Positions 26,498-41,250 of a stretch of 64,000 nt of DNA are shown piece by piece (position 1 is the first letter of the stretch; every line of letters begins with the position of its first letter). The position numbers and the translations under genes were made by a program. The DNA comes from Octopus sinensis (Eukaryota), in contig NC_043011.1 of NCBI RefSeq assembly GCF_006345805.1, positions 53,766,464 to 53,830,463 of the forward strand, read 5' to 3'. The notes under the pieces were generated by a model. It ran no database searches. It was not told where the DNA came from and saw only the letters and a list, made by a program, of their open reading frames with translations.

Positions 26498-28226
26498 AAA
26501 TCTGAAAAGATTGAAAACAAAGTCGACCTCAACAGAATTGTTGACTATTTCATCTTATTTCCTATATGTAGCCAAGCCAGGAGCACATTATTCAGTTTTT
26601 AAACTCGTTTTTGTATTTGGTTCAGTCATTGGATTGTGGCCCTGCTGGGGCACCACTTGGAAAAATCAAACCCTGTATTTATGGTTTTTAAGCCTGATAC
26701 TTATTCAATTGGTCTCTTTTGATGAGATGCTCATTTACGGGGATGTAAACAAACCAACAGTGATTGTTAAGCAGTAGTAGTAGTAGTACAAACACAAACA
26801 CACGTACTCTCTCTCACGCACATACACACTCACATACCTGCACATACACACACATATACAACACACGTGTGCACACACACACACAAACACACGCACACAG
26901 GTGCAGGCATAGTTGTGGGGCTAAGAAGCTCATTTTGCAACCACATGGTTTCAGGTTCAGTCCCACTGCATGGTACCTTGGTCAAGTGTCTTTTACTATA
27001 GCCCCAGGCTATCCAGTGCCTTGTAAGTAAGTTTGGTAGACAGAAACTGTGTTGAAGCCTAGCATATATCATCATCATGATCATCATTTGATATCCGTTT
27101 TCCATGTTGGCATGGGTTGGACGGCTTGACAGGGACTGGCAACACTAGGGGCCACACAAGGTCCCATAGTATATTTATATATATATATATGTGTTTGTGT
27201 GTGTGTGTCTCTGTGTGTCAGTGTTTATCCTCCCCCACCTCCTGAAAACTAGTGTTGGTTTGTTTACATCCTCACAACTTAGCTGTTCAGCAAAAGATAA
27301 CCAATAGAACAAGTACCAGACTTTAAAAAAAACAAAAATCAAAATGAAAAAAAAAACCCCAATAAACAATCGGAGTCAAAATTGTTTAACTAAAACCCTT
27401 CACAGTGGTGCCCCAGCATGATCGCACCTAATGACTAGAAAAAATAAAACAATAAAATAAAACAATAAAACAAATAAAAATTAAATAACAGGGCGCAGGA
27501 GTGGCTGTGTGGTAAGTAGCTAGTTTACCAGCCACATAGTTCCGGGTTCAGTCCCACTGTGTAGCACCTTGGACAAGTGTCTTCTACTATAGCCTCGGGA
27601 CAACGAAAGCCTTGTGAGTGGATTTGGTAGATGGAAACTGAAAGAAGCCCATCGTATTTATGTATATATGTGTGTATATATGTGTGTGTGTATGTTTGTG
27701 TTTGTCCCCCTAGCATTGCTTGACAACCGATGCCGGTGTGTTTACGTCCCCGTCACTTAGCGGTTCGGCAAAAGAGACCGATAGAATAAGTACTGGGCTT
27801 ACAAAGAATAAGTCCCGGGGTCGAGTTGCTCGATTAAAGGCGGTGCTCCAGCATGGCCACAGTCGAATGACTGAAACAAGTAAAAGAACAAAAGTTAAAT
27901 AACGGGCAAAACATGAATAGGCAAGTGAATGTGCCCTTTTCGAAGACAGCCGGTATGATTTGAGGATGATCAGGCTGTTATTTCTGGCATATATAAGTGA
28001 CTGCATCAGAACCCAGCTCCTTATTAATTTGCCAGTGCTTGTCAGTGAAGTATGTACCGTATTCTGTCTTCTGCCTTCTGCCCCTATTTCTACATTCTCT
28101 GTAAAATAACATCATGAATCACCGAAAATAGTTCCTGCAATCATGAGAAACTACAGACGGTAAAATCAATAGAATGCTTTGCCAAAAAATGTCCTTTTAT
28201 CTATTCCTTGTCAGTTCTGTTCGCAC

Positions 28227-29830
<1,604 letters not shown>

Positions 29831-30107
29831 TGAAAAAGCGAGAGAGAGAAAAAGAAGGAAAAAAAAAGAAAGAAAGAAAAAGAAAAGGAGAACGAGGTGA
29901 ATGGAAGTGTAGGGGGGTTGGAGGGGCGGGGCGGGACGGTGGGGGGGGGGGTGGAGTCGGGAGTCCTCCATTTACTTGTCGACCTTTGAGAGGTTCACTG
30001 ATTAGCACTTTAGATAAACGCTACATTACTGCATTCCGAGATACACTTAGAGACTGAATAGAAAAAGAGGGAAAAGAAGAAAAAGAAGAAAAAGGAAAAA
30101 GAGAAAG

Positions 30108-30139
<32 letters not shown>

Positions 30140-31188
30140 TTGGCGCATGTATGCAACCATTCATGCATGCACATATGCAGGCATGTATTTGTGCATATGC
30201 ATATGCGAGTGCATATATGTGTGGATGTGTGTGTGTGTGTGTGCGTCTGCGTTTGTGTGTCTGTATGTATATACATATATATATATATACACACATACAT
30301 ACATACATACATATAGTCCTGTGCCCATATATGCGTGTATATATACATGTAGAGGTAGGTACGTACATATATGTATGTATATATATGCATATGTTCTATT
30401 TATTAATTTATTACATATATATACATATATATATACACAAGCACCCAAACATATATCATATATATATAAATAGACATATATGTATACATGTACATATATA
30501 CACACACACACACATTATATATATATATATATATTATATATATATAGATATATATATATATATATAGATATATATATACATATTATACATATATGTACAT
30601 GCATGCGTATATTTGTGTGTGTGCATATGTATATATATATATATATATAAATACATACATATATACATGTATATATATGTTTATATATATATATATATGT
30701 ATGCATATATATGCATGTGTGTGTGTGTGTATGTATATAGGTGTGTGTGTGTATAACTATATATGCACACATGTGTAAATGTATAGATATATATGCATGT
30801 ATGTGTGTGTGTGTGTGTGTACAAACACATGTATTGATATATGCACATGGAAGAGTATTTACTGTTTTAGATCTATTTTTTCCCATGTTGGTGCACGATT
30901 GGTATGTCTCTCTCTCTCTCTCTTCTCTCTCTAATATACATACATGTGCATGTATATATAAATGCATACATCCGTACATACAGATGCTTGCATTTGTATA
31001 CATGTGTATATAAATATAAATATAAATATACATGTATATATATATATCTTTTCATACATGGGTACATGTATTTATGCGTATATGAGAATATATATATATA
31101 CATTTGTATGCATTTGTATACATATACATACACACAAACTTATACATATATAGGGTGTGTGGCTATGAATGTGTATGTATGTACACAC

Positions 31189-31377
31189 GCATTCTCACAT
31201 TATGAAAGTCTTGTGTTCCTGAAAATCTTGCTAAAAGATGGAATTTCGTAAAGTGAAACATTAGTTCCATTGACCTCCACATAATATGGGATTCAATGGA
31301 AATAGATCTCAAGTTATGGAATTTTTCATTATGGCCAGATTTTCAGGAATGCAAGGCTTCCGTAATGTGGGGTATGC
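31189..31377 (+). other. Long imperfect hairpin in unique sequence (40-bp outer stem)
   Basis: 31189-31228 pairs with 31337-31377: 33 Watson-Crick pairs, 6 G-U, 1 A-C and 1 bulge on the + strand. Confidence 0.75.
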
Positions 31378-31447
31378 CTCTATATCGGTACATGTATCTA
31401 CAATTGTACAACTATATGTGTATATGTAGATATGTGTGTATATGTAC

Positions 31448-31538
<91 letters not shown>

Positions 31539-31719
31539 TGCATGTATATGTATATATATCAATGTGTATATATATATATATTTATATACACACACACATA
31601 TATATACATACATACATACATACATACACACATACATATATGTATGTGCATGTGTGTTTGTGTGTGTACATGTATGTGTGTATATATATGTATATATGTA
31701 TATATAGATATATACACAC

Positions 31720-31750
<31 letters not shown>

Positions 31751-31834
31751 AACACATGCACACATACACACATATATACACAAACTCACACGCACATGTA
31801 TATATATGTGTATGTATACAGTGTGTGTATTTGT

Positions 31835-31883
<49 letters not shown>

Positions 31884-31945
31884 ATAGATATGTATGTGCA
31901 CGTGCATGCATTGTGTGTGTATATGTATGTATTATGGAGCACATG

Positions 31946-31994
<49 letters not shown>

Positions 31995-32729
31995 GAGGGG
32001 AAGAGATAGGACATGTGTTTGTGTGTGCGTTAAATGCACATGCTCATGGAAAATACACATCCTAGGCTGTCAAAGTTGGCAGCCATTTGATAAAATCAGA
32101 TGACAGTGAGAGGTGGAAGGAGAGGAGAAGTAGAAGGAGAGAAGGAGAGAAGGAGAGAAGGAGAGAAGGAGAGAGAGAGTGAGTTGAAGCAAGGGGGTGA
32201 AAAAAAAAGAGACAGAAAAGGAGAGATATAGTGAGAGAGGGAGGATTATTGCAGGCATTTGGAGTAAAGTAAATGTAAGGCATGGGAAGTTCTTGTTGCC
32301 GTTGCTGTCATTGTTGTTATTATTGTTATTGTTGTTGTTGTGGTTGTTGTTGTTATTGCTGCTGTCGTTGTTGTTGTTGTCGTCGTTGTTGTTGTTGTTC
32401 CCATTACAGAGATGCATGAAGTTTTTCCTTTTTTTTTGCTGATGTAAAAGGTTATTGCTTGCGAAGATTGCATATTTTACATGTTTTGCTCGTGTGCTTC
32501 GTTTTACCCTTGGTTTCTTTGCATTTTACGCATAGAATTGATCGAGACGGCACGAGTAAATTAATCTGCTCCGGTAGTTAAGAAAGCTCACTTTGCAACC
32601 GTGTGGTTTTGGGTTCAATCTCAATGCATGATAACTTGGGCAAATGTCTTCTACTATAGCCCCAGACCAACCAATGCCCCCGAGAGCAAATATGTTAAAC
32701 AGAAACTGGGTGAATGCCCATTGCATATA

Positions 32730-33978
32730 TTGAGTTGGAAACTAAGTTCCTGCTGTTTTTTTGAATTTGGGAATTTATTGCGCTTCTAAATTTTGGAATC
32801 TATTTTTTCCGAGAATTTTATTTTTGAATAATTTTGGAATCTATTTTGTTTTTTTTTTCTAGTTAACTTTAGTTAATTTTTGTTTATTTTCAGATTATTG
32901 AATGGAATGTCAAGTTAAGAAAAACGAGCATTTTTGACACCTTCTTTTTGGTTTTAATCAAGGTTCTAAGGCCGCAAAAGCTGCTCACAACATTTGTGCT
33001 GTGTATGGAGAAGGTGCCATAGCTGAAAGAACCACTCGTGATTGGTATGCCAAGTTCAAAAATGGAAGTTTTGACCTCAGAGATGCACCTCATACTGGCC
33101 ATCCAGTTGAGTTCGATGAAGAGTAGCTAAACCAACTTTTGCATGAAAATTCTTGTCAAACGACAAGAGAACTGGCAGAGAAAATGGAATGATCTCATAG
33201 AGAAGCATCTTCACTCGATGGGAAAGGTTCAGAAGTATGGAGCATTGGTTCCACATGCTTTAAGTAACAACAACAAAAATCAACGAGCCACAATCTCCGC
33301 TGGTTTTCTTGCTCGTCACCACTCAACTCATGGACACAAGCAACGATTTCTTTACCAAATCATTACTGGCGATGAAATCTGGTGCTTGTTCATCAATATA
33401 AAGCAGCGTAAGGAATGGCTTAGCCCCGGTAAACAAGCGACACCGCGTGTGAAACAAAATCTTCTTCCGTGTAAAACGATGTTGTTCATATGGTTGGACT
33501 GGGAAGGGATTATCCACTACGAATTGCTTGAACGGAACCAAACGGTCAATGTGGAACTCTATGTTCAACAGATGGAACGACTCAACACGGCTATTCAAGA
33601 GAAAAGACCTAATCGGCAGCATGGAGTTCTTCTGCTGCACGACAACGCCCGCCCTCATATCGCCAATATGACTAAGGAAGCCATTCAAATGCATGGCTGG
33701 GAAGTGCTGCCACACCTGCCATACTCTCCTGATTTGGCACCAACGGATTTCCACCTCTTTTGATCTCTTTCAAATGCTATGCGTGAAGTCTTGTTCAATA
33801 TTAATGGTTGGATCAATTTTTCGAGTCGAAATCGGGTGATTTCTACCAACGAGGTATTGAAAATCATGTTTAATGCTGGAGAGAAGTTGTAAACAACAAG
33901 GGTGAATACATTATTGATTAATTAGTTGTTATTTTTTTATCAAACCTTTTAAAAATTTAAAGCTGGTGTAGAACTCAA
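32730..33978 (+). mobile_element. Near full-length mariner (DD34D) transposon; transposase is a pseudogene
   Basis: ITGDEIW...HDNARPH-(34)-YSPDLAPTD; N-terminus MECQVKKNEHF* at ~32904; stops and a frameshift; TIR remnants ttgagtt/aactcaa flanked by TA. Confidence 0.93.
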
Positions 33979-34185
33979 TATATGTATGTTTCAGAATAAG
34001 GCATTAGTCAAGAATAGAGCAGTAATACGAAAAGAGATTAGAAACTAATTAACAATTATCTTATGAACTCCATTAGCTTATTGCTGTTTCCGCTATATGA
34101 TGCAGTGAACTCATAGTTGAGTGCTTGAGTATCAAGCACTCATATATAGCTTTATAACTTCATCAGAGCTTTGAATATATGCATA

Positions 34186-34247
<62 letters not shown>

Positions 34248-35960
34248 ATATATATATATATTTAAGTACATACATAGATACATTCATCTATATGATATAT
34301 AAAAAACTTCTAAGAATTTATAAATTGTGTTTAATATCATATGCCCAAAGAGAATGGTTTGATCAAACATACGATTTTTATTAAATTATTTAACCCACCA
34401 TTTCTTTCAAAATTTTAACCTTGTGATTCTATTAACTCTGATGAGAGAAATATAGAGTATTGCTATGGTTGGAGTTAGCTTGCCCATACCAACCTATATC
34501 TTTTCGAAATGGCTGTAGGACTTTATACATAGACTTTATATATGTTCCAGACTCCTTATCAATCATTTTACATCCGTTTTATCATCCTCTTCATTTGGAC
34601 TTTGCAAGTACATTTATGGACTTACACTTTTTGTATATTTATATTCCTGAATTTTTGTGTGTTTATAAATTTTTATATGTGTATGAATTTGTATATTTAT
34701 AAATTTTCATGCATATGTATGTATTTATAAATTCTTATAAGTTTTTTATATATCATATAGATGAATGTATCTGTGTATGTACTTTGTATACCATGGAGAA
34801 TTTCGTTAATATGGATTCAATGAATATATACATCGGCCTCGAATTTGTTTTCTCCTCTCCTTAAATTTATATTCCTGAAGCTCAACCAGAGTCCTATTTG
34901 GCAGAGATGTGTATAAAGTGGATACCTATATCACTTAATTCTTCTGGCATCCATGCAAGTGGAGCACTAATAGCACCATCCGGGTGTGATCGTTGCCAGA
35001 ACAGCTGACTGGCTTCTGTACTGGTTGCATGTAAAAAGTACCATTCAAGCGTGATCATTACCAGCGTCACCTTACTGGCACTTGTGCCAGTGGAATGTGC
35101 AAAAAACATTCAAGCGAGGTCATTGCCAGTGCCGCTGGACTGGCTCCTGTGCAGGTGTCACATAAAAAACACCATTTGAGCGTGGCCATTGCCAGTACCA
35201 CCTGACTGGCCCTCGTGCTGGTGGCACGTAAAAGCACCCACTACACTCTCGGAGTGGTTGGCATTAGAAAGGGCATCCAGCTATAGAAACTCTGTCAGAT
35301 CAGATTGGAGCCTGGTGCAGCCATCTGGTTCGCCATTCCTCAGTCAAATCGTCCAACCCATGCTAGCGTGAAAAGCGGACGTTAAACAATGATGACGATG
35401 ATGATGATGATGATATATATACATATACATACATACACATAGTGTGTTTTTTGTCATTGTGTGCATTCCCCACCACAGCTTGACAACCAGTGCGAGTTTC
35501 TTTACATTTTCATAACTAAGCAAGCAGTTCAGTAGAACGATACGGATAGAATAAATGCCAGACTTCAAAAGTAAGAACTGGGGTCAATTTGTTTAACTAA
35601 ACCTTTCAAGGTAGTGCTCTAGCATGGCCACAGTTCAAATGACTGAAGTGAGCCAAAGGGTCAAAGATGAAAAGATAATCTACCACCCATTCGTTCTTAT
35701 CATAGTTCTTTCATCACATAATTAGAAAGGGTGTAAATGCAAGGTGTGTGCAGAGTACCCTTTCATATTGCTCACTCAGTATCCAATATATATGTGTGTG
35801 CTGGTATCTGGAGGCTATTTGTTATCACAGCTGCTATGTCTGTAAGAATCTTTCTTTAACCCTCTGGCATTCAGATTAATTTTTCAAAGGTAATGTTTAC
35901 TTATTCATATTGTTTTCAATTAATTATACATTATCTCATAGCTTTGAGTTTTCCATAATG

Positions 35961-35992
<32 letters not shown>

Positions 35993-36732
35993 GTTTAATG
36001 TCCGCTTTCCATGCTAGCATGGGTTGGACGATTTGATTGAGGTCTGGCGAACCAGATGACTGCACCAGACTCCAATCTGATCTGGCAGAGTTTCTACAGC
36101 TGGATGCCCTTCCTAACGCCAACCACTCCCTGAGTGTAGTGGGTGCTTTTACGTGCCACCGGCATGAGGGCCAGTCAGGCTGTACTGGCAACGGTCACGC
36201 TCAAATGGTGCTTTTTATGTGCCACCTGCACAGTAGCCAGTCCAGTGGCACTGGCAATGACCTCGTTTGAATGTTTTTACATGTGCCAAGTGCTAGTAAA
36301 GCGATGCAGGTAATGATCATGCTTGTTGCTCTGGTCCCGATCTCATTCGTATGGTTCTCTTGGTGCTCCACTAGTATGGATGCCAGTCATCGAATTTGAT
36401 TTCGATTTCAATTTCACTTGCCTCAACAAGTCTTCGCAAGTAGAGTTTAGTGTCCAAGGAAGGAAAGGCACGCATAAGTGGACTGGTTACATCCCTGGCA
36501 TAGGCCACAAGGTTATGGTCCCACTTGCACTTGCTGAGTCTTCTCAAGCACAGCATATTTCCAGAGGTCCCGGTCACTAGTCAAGGTCCTGGTCACTAGT
36601 CAAGGTCCTGGTCACTAGTCAATGTGATTGTTTATTTTTAGAATGACATTGTAGGGTAAGTGTGGGAGGTCAAATCTGGCTGGTTTGTATATAAAACAGG
36701 TAGAATATTTGGGCTGGATATAGCAGGCTTAA

Positions 36733-36948
36733 CCCTTTAGCATTTAATCTGGTCATATCTGGCCAAAATAATCTGTTTTATCTTCAAACTGGCCAGATCT
36801 GGCCTCTCACACTTAACCTACAATGTCATTCTAAAAATAAATAATGACATCACTGAAATCTCAAAGTTACAAAGTAAGGCTTAACTAATTCATATCAATG
36901 TGACTAAATAAGCATTACATTTGACAGAGCAATCTAAATGCTAAAGGG
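36733..36948. mobile_element. piggyBac-type MITE with an inverted partial copy immediately upstream
   Basis: TTAA|CCCTTTAG...CTAAAGGG|TTAA; 36630-36728 is a reverse-complement fragment of its left half. Confidence 0.85.
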
Positions 36949-37579
36949 TTAAACTGAAATAAAGCTAATCCTCACTTTACCTACCATGGTTTGGATGAGT
37001 ATTCCAGTTCAACAATACCCTAGAAATTTAGAACAAGTGATTTGACAGGACAGGAGCTTCTCCATTGTCAAACCCTACAAGAAATCTCTGTGAGAGGAGG
37101 CCAGTTAATTCTCTCGTCATCGATTGTCTACAAATATCTCAACTACATTAAAAATATCCTAGATGCAGCTGCTGCTGCTACGGATGATGATGATGATGAT
37201 GATATGTATGACTGTTCCTCTCCCTCCATGTTTGACAGCCAGTGTTGGTTTGTTTATATCCCTGTAACTTAATGGTATAGCAAAAGAGACCTCTAGGGTA
37301 AGTGCCAAACTTAAAATAAGTACTGGGGTGACTTGTTTGGCTAAAACCCTTCAAGGTGGTGCCACAGCTTGGCTGCAGTCCAATGACTGAAGCAAATAAA
37401 AATTAGATGATAATGATGATGATGATGATGATGATGATGATCCTACCAATAAAGAATATGGAATAATGTTTTTTGACCTTTCTCACAATGATATCTTCTG
37501 AATGTTTGGTGTCTACCCATTCAAGTTAGATCCCCAAACTTTTGTTATTTTTTAGACATTTTATTTCTTCTTCACACAG

Positions 37580-37665
37580 TCTACACACAGAAAAAGGGCA
37601 GCAAAAATTCCAAGCCACGCTCCCACCCACAGGAAAATTGGCAAAGAATAAAACAACATGTTTGA
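37580..37665 (+). CDS. Candidate terminal coding exon (xYTQKKGSKNSKPRSHPQENWQRIKQHV*)
   Basis: Acceptor ttttatttcttcttcacacag|; open frame of 27 codons to TGA in non-repeat sequence; no homolog recognised. Confidence 0.3.
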
Positions 37666-37728
37666 AAAGCAAAAAACAAACAAAAAGGAAAAGCAATTTC
37701 ATTCCATAGTAAAGTATTAGTAATGAAC

Positions 37729-37805
<77 letters not shown>

Positions 37806-38823
37806 AAACAATATTTCAACAGCTGAAAATGACAGTTTGATTACATTGGGTGAGAATGCTGTCAGCAGCAACAACAACAACAACATTGATACATATATAA
37901 ATTCTTTACCCAATAGAAACAGTTCTGTTAATTTTCTTGCATTGTAAATAACAGAATATTTGAATATGAACTTTCATCTGGAGAAAGAGTTGATATGGGA
38001 TAGATGCATTATGAAGAAAAGTACCTCTCTACCTGATGACTACATACAACAAAGGAAAAAAATGTCTATCTCTGTCTCCTTAGATACAGAACAATTACAA
38101 GAAGCCCTATTAGTTGTGTGGAGAAGAATCATCTTGGGTGAGGGAGAACCTGCAGAACTGTCTATATCGATTTTGAACTTGAAAACACACTACTAAAACA
38201 GGTAGGGGTGGTGAGACACATACTTGACCATATTGGCAATGATATTGTCGCCTATGTCTTTGTCACATTTGTTTGTATTATAGCATGGGAGAATGGCCAG
38301 TAGCAGAGATGATAATGGCTGTCAGGTGCTAAGGAGGTGTCAAAGTAGACATACAAATCCCAATGGTCCTCAGAAACTATTGGGGTTGTGCTCCGTTGTA
38401 GATGCAGAACTGAAAGACATGAGACTTATAGGGGATATATAAGTGGTTGAGTGACCATCATTGATGAGACCAAGGAAGGTTGAAATCATGAGATCTGGTG
38501 TTCTTGGTGGTGGAGATGGTGGGGATTTATCTCCCCACTAGTGATGTAAGCAAGAGTGCTTATATGCACCAAAACCCAATATGAGAGTTTCTCTCAGGGT
38601 ATCTACCACAGTATAGTTTGTTCTAACAGAACATTCGTGTTTAAGTGGGGGATAAATATTGATTTCTGATTTTGGTACAAGGCCAGAAATTTGGGGGAGG
38701 TGTAAGTCAATTACATCAATCCCAGTGCTTGACTGGTTCTTATTTTATTGACCCCGAAAGAATGAAAGGCAAAGTCAACCTCAGTGGAATTTGAACTTAG
38801 AACATGAAGATGGATGAAATACC

Positions 38824-39060
38824 TCACTTTCTTTACTACCCACAAGGGGCTAAACACAAAGGGAACAAACAAGGACAGACAAACGGATTAAGTCGATTAT
38901 ATCGACCCCAGTGCGTAACTGGTGCTTATTTAATTGACCCCCGAAAGGATGAAAGGCAAAGTCGACCTCGGCGGAATTTGAACTCAGAACGTAATGGCAG
39001 ACGAAATACGGCTAAGCATTTCGCCCGGCGTGCTTAACGTTTCTGCCAGCTCGCCGCCTT
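38824..39060 (-). mobile_element. SINE family A inserted in a related SINE
   Basis: 16-bp TSD agatggatgaaatacc at 38808-38823 and 39061-39076. Confidence 0.92.
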
Positions 39061-40440
39061 AGATGGATGAAATACCATTAAGTATTTTACCCAGCATGCT
39101 AATGGTTCTGTTAGCTCGCCACAAGGTGGCGAGCTAACAGAACTTATCCCCACAAGCTCGCCACCCTGTGGGGATAAATATTACCTCATAAGAGTTATAG
39201 TTCAGGATAAAAAGCTTAGTTGTTATACTTGTAGAAATAAGGGTCATTTTGAAGGGATTTCTCTTGAAGAACTGGGAAAGATAAAAAGAAAACAAAGCTG
39301 TCAGAGAGCATCAGATGCAGCAAAAGAAGTAGCTGACCTCAGTCTCCAGTCACAGCTCTGGAAATGATGGAGAAAAGCACTTTGTCCCTTCAGTACCCGA
39401 AGCTGATCCTGGCCTTGCGTCAAAATTTTGAAACAATCATCGTTGTCATCATCATCATATCATCAGCATCTTCGTTGTCATCATTGTCATCGTCATTGAC
39501 ACTGTCATTGTTGTTGTTGTTGTTGTTGTCATCATAATCATCATTTATTGGCCAAAGTTTTAGAGCTGTGGATGAAATACCTTACATTATGAGTTCAAAT
39601 CCTGTCAAGTTAAATTTTACCTTACATTTTTTTTTCCAAGGTCAAGTTCTACTCAAGTGCTGGAGATTGATGGTTGATGGTGTTGATTGTTCTTGTGTCT
39701 AAATCAAAGACAATTAAAGCAGCAAGCTAGAAAAAAACGAAAGCAACACAAAGATTAAAAAAAAAACTTGCCCCATTTGTTCTGTCTCTTTACAGTCTGA
39801 GTTCAAACCCCACTGAGTTAAATATGAGCATCACCATCAAACAGGGGAGGTTGTTTACTCTTTACTCTTTTACTCTTTTACTTGTTTTAGTCATTTGACT
39901 GTGGCCATGCTGGAGCACGGCCTTTAGTCAAGCAAATCAACTCCGGGACTTATTCTTTGTAAGCCCAGTACTTATTCTATCAGTCTCTTTTGCCGAACCG
40001 CTAAGTGACGGGGATGTAAACACACCAGCATCGGTTGTCAAGCAATGCTAGGGGGACAAAGACAGACACACAAACATATACACACACATATATATATATA
40101 TACATATATACGACAGGCTTCTTTCAGTTTCCGTCTACCAAATCCACTCACAAGACATTGGTCGGCCCGGGGTTATAGTAGAAGACACTTGCCCAAGATA
40201 CCACACAGTGGGACTGAACCCGGAACCATGTGGCTGGTTAGCAAGCTACTTACCACACAGCCACTCCTGCGCCTATTTGTTTCAGTCTTCCGTCGAAAAC
40301 ATGTTTAGATATGGGAAAATATTACCTTGCTCGGAAACAAGTGAGGGTTAGCAATAGGAAGGGTGGCTGACCGTAGAAAATCTGCATCAGCAAATTGCAT
40401 CAGACCTATGCAAACATGGACAAGTGGATGTTAAATGATA

Positions 40441-40483
<43 letters not shown>

Positions 40484-41191
40484 GGAGGAGGAGGAGGAGG
40501 AGGAGGATAAAGGGTGTTTTATAAAATAAATCTAGCTAGATATTAATCTTGTCATTCTGGGTACAGTCCCATTGCATGGTACCTTGGGCAAGTGTCTTCT
40601 ACTATAACCTCAGGCTGACCAAAACCTGTAAGTGGATTTGGTAGATGGAAACTAAAAAGAAGCCCATTGTATATACATTTATATATATATATATATGTAT
40701 CTATTTACATATATATATTCATGTATATGTGTGTGTTAGTCTGTGTTTGTCCCCACCACCACTTGACAACCGGTGTTGGTGTGTTTACATCCCTGTAACT
40801 TAGTGGTTCAGCAAAAAAAAAAGAGACCAATAGAATAAGTACTGAACTTAAAAGAAATAAAATAAGTCTTAGGGTCGATTCGTTTGACTAAAACTCTTCA
40901 AGGTAGTACCCCAGCATGGCCACAGACAAATACCTGAAACAAATTAAAGATAAGAGATATATACACGTGCTAAAAGTCTGGGTATATTAAATTCTATTTA
41001 GTGGCAGTCTATGGGTGTAGAAACAGAATGCATTCACCATATTTATACAGCATATTCAGACATGGCTTTTATAAAGTATTTCACAGACAAGAAAATATTT
41101 TGAATGCAGTGTAGCCATGGAAACAGAAAAAAGATTGGGTATAAGATGGAAAAATTTGCCAGCAGATGGCTACAGAACTCAGAACCCACAT

Positions 41192-41250
41192 CCCTCAGAT
41201 ACCAGCTGAGTACTCTACCATTAAGCAAGTACTCAGCAGGTATGTGAGGG
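41192..41250. ncRNA. Candidate pre-miRNA-like hairpin
   Basis: 23-bp arms with 2 symmetric mismatches and a 13-nt loop; 59 nt in total; the lower stem extends to 41185/41259. Confidence 0.45.

Noticed and set aside
33143-33763. Functional transposase or domesticated SETMAR-like gene
   Set aside because: In-frame stops upstream and downstream, a frameshift near 33190 and no SET domain.
38408-38430. miR-71-like start tgaaagacatg
   Set aside because: Only 11 nt match and there is no hairpin.
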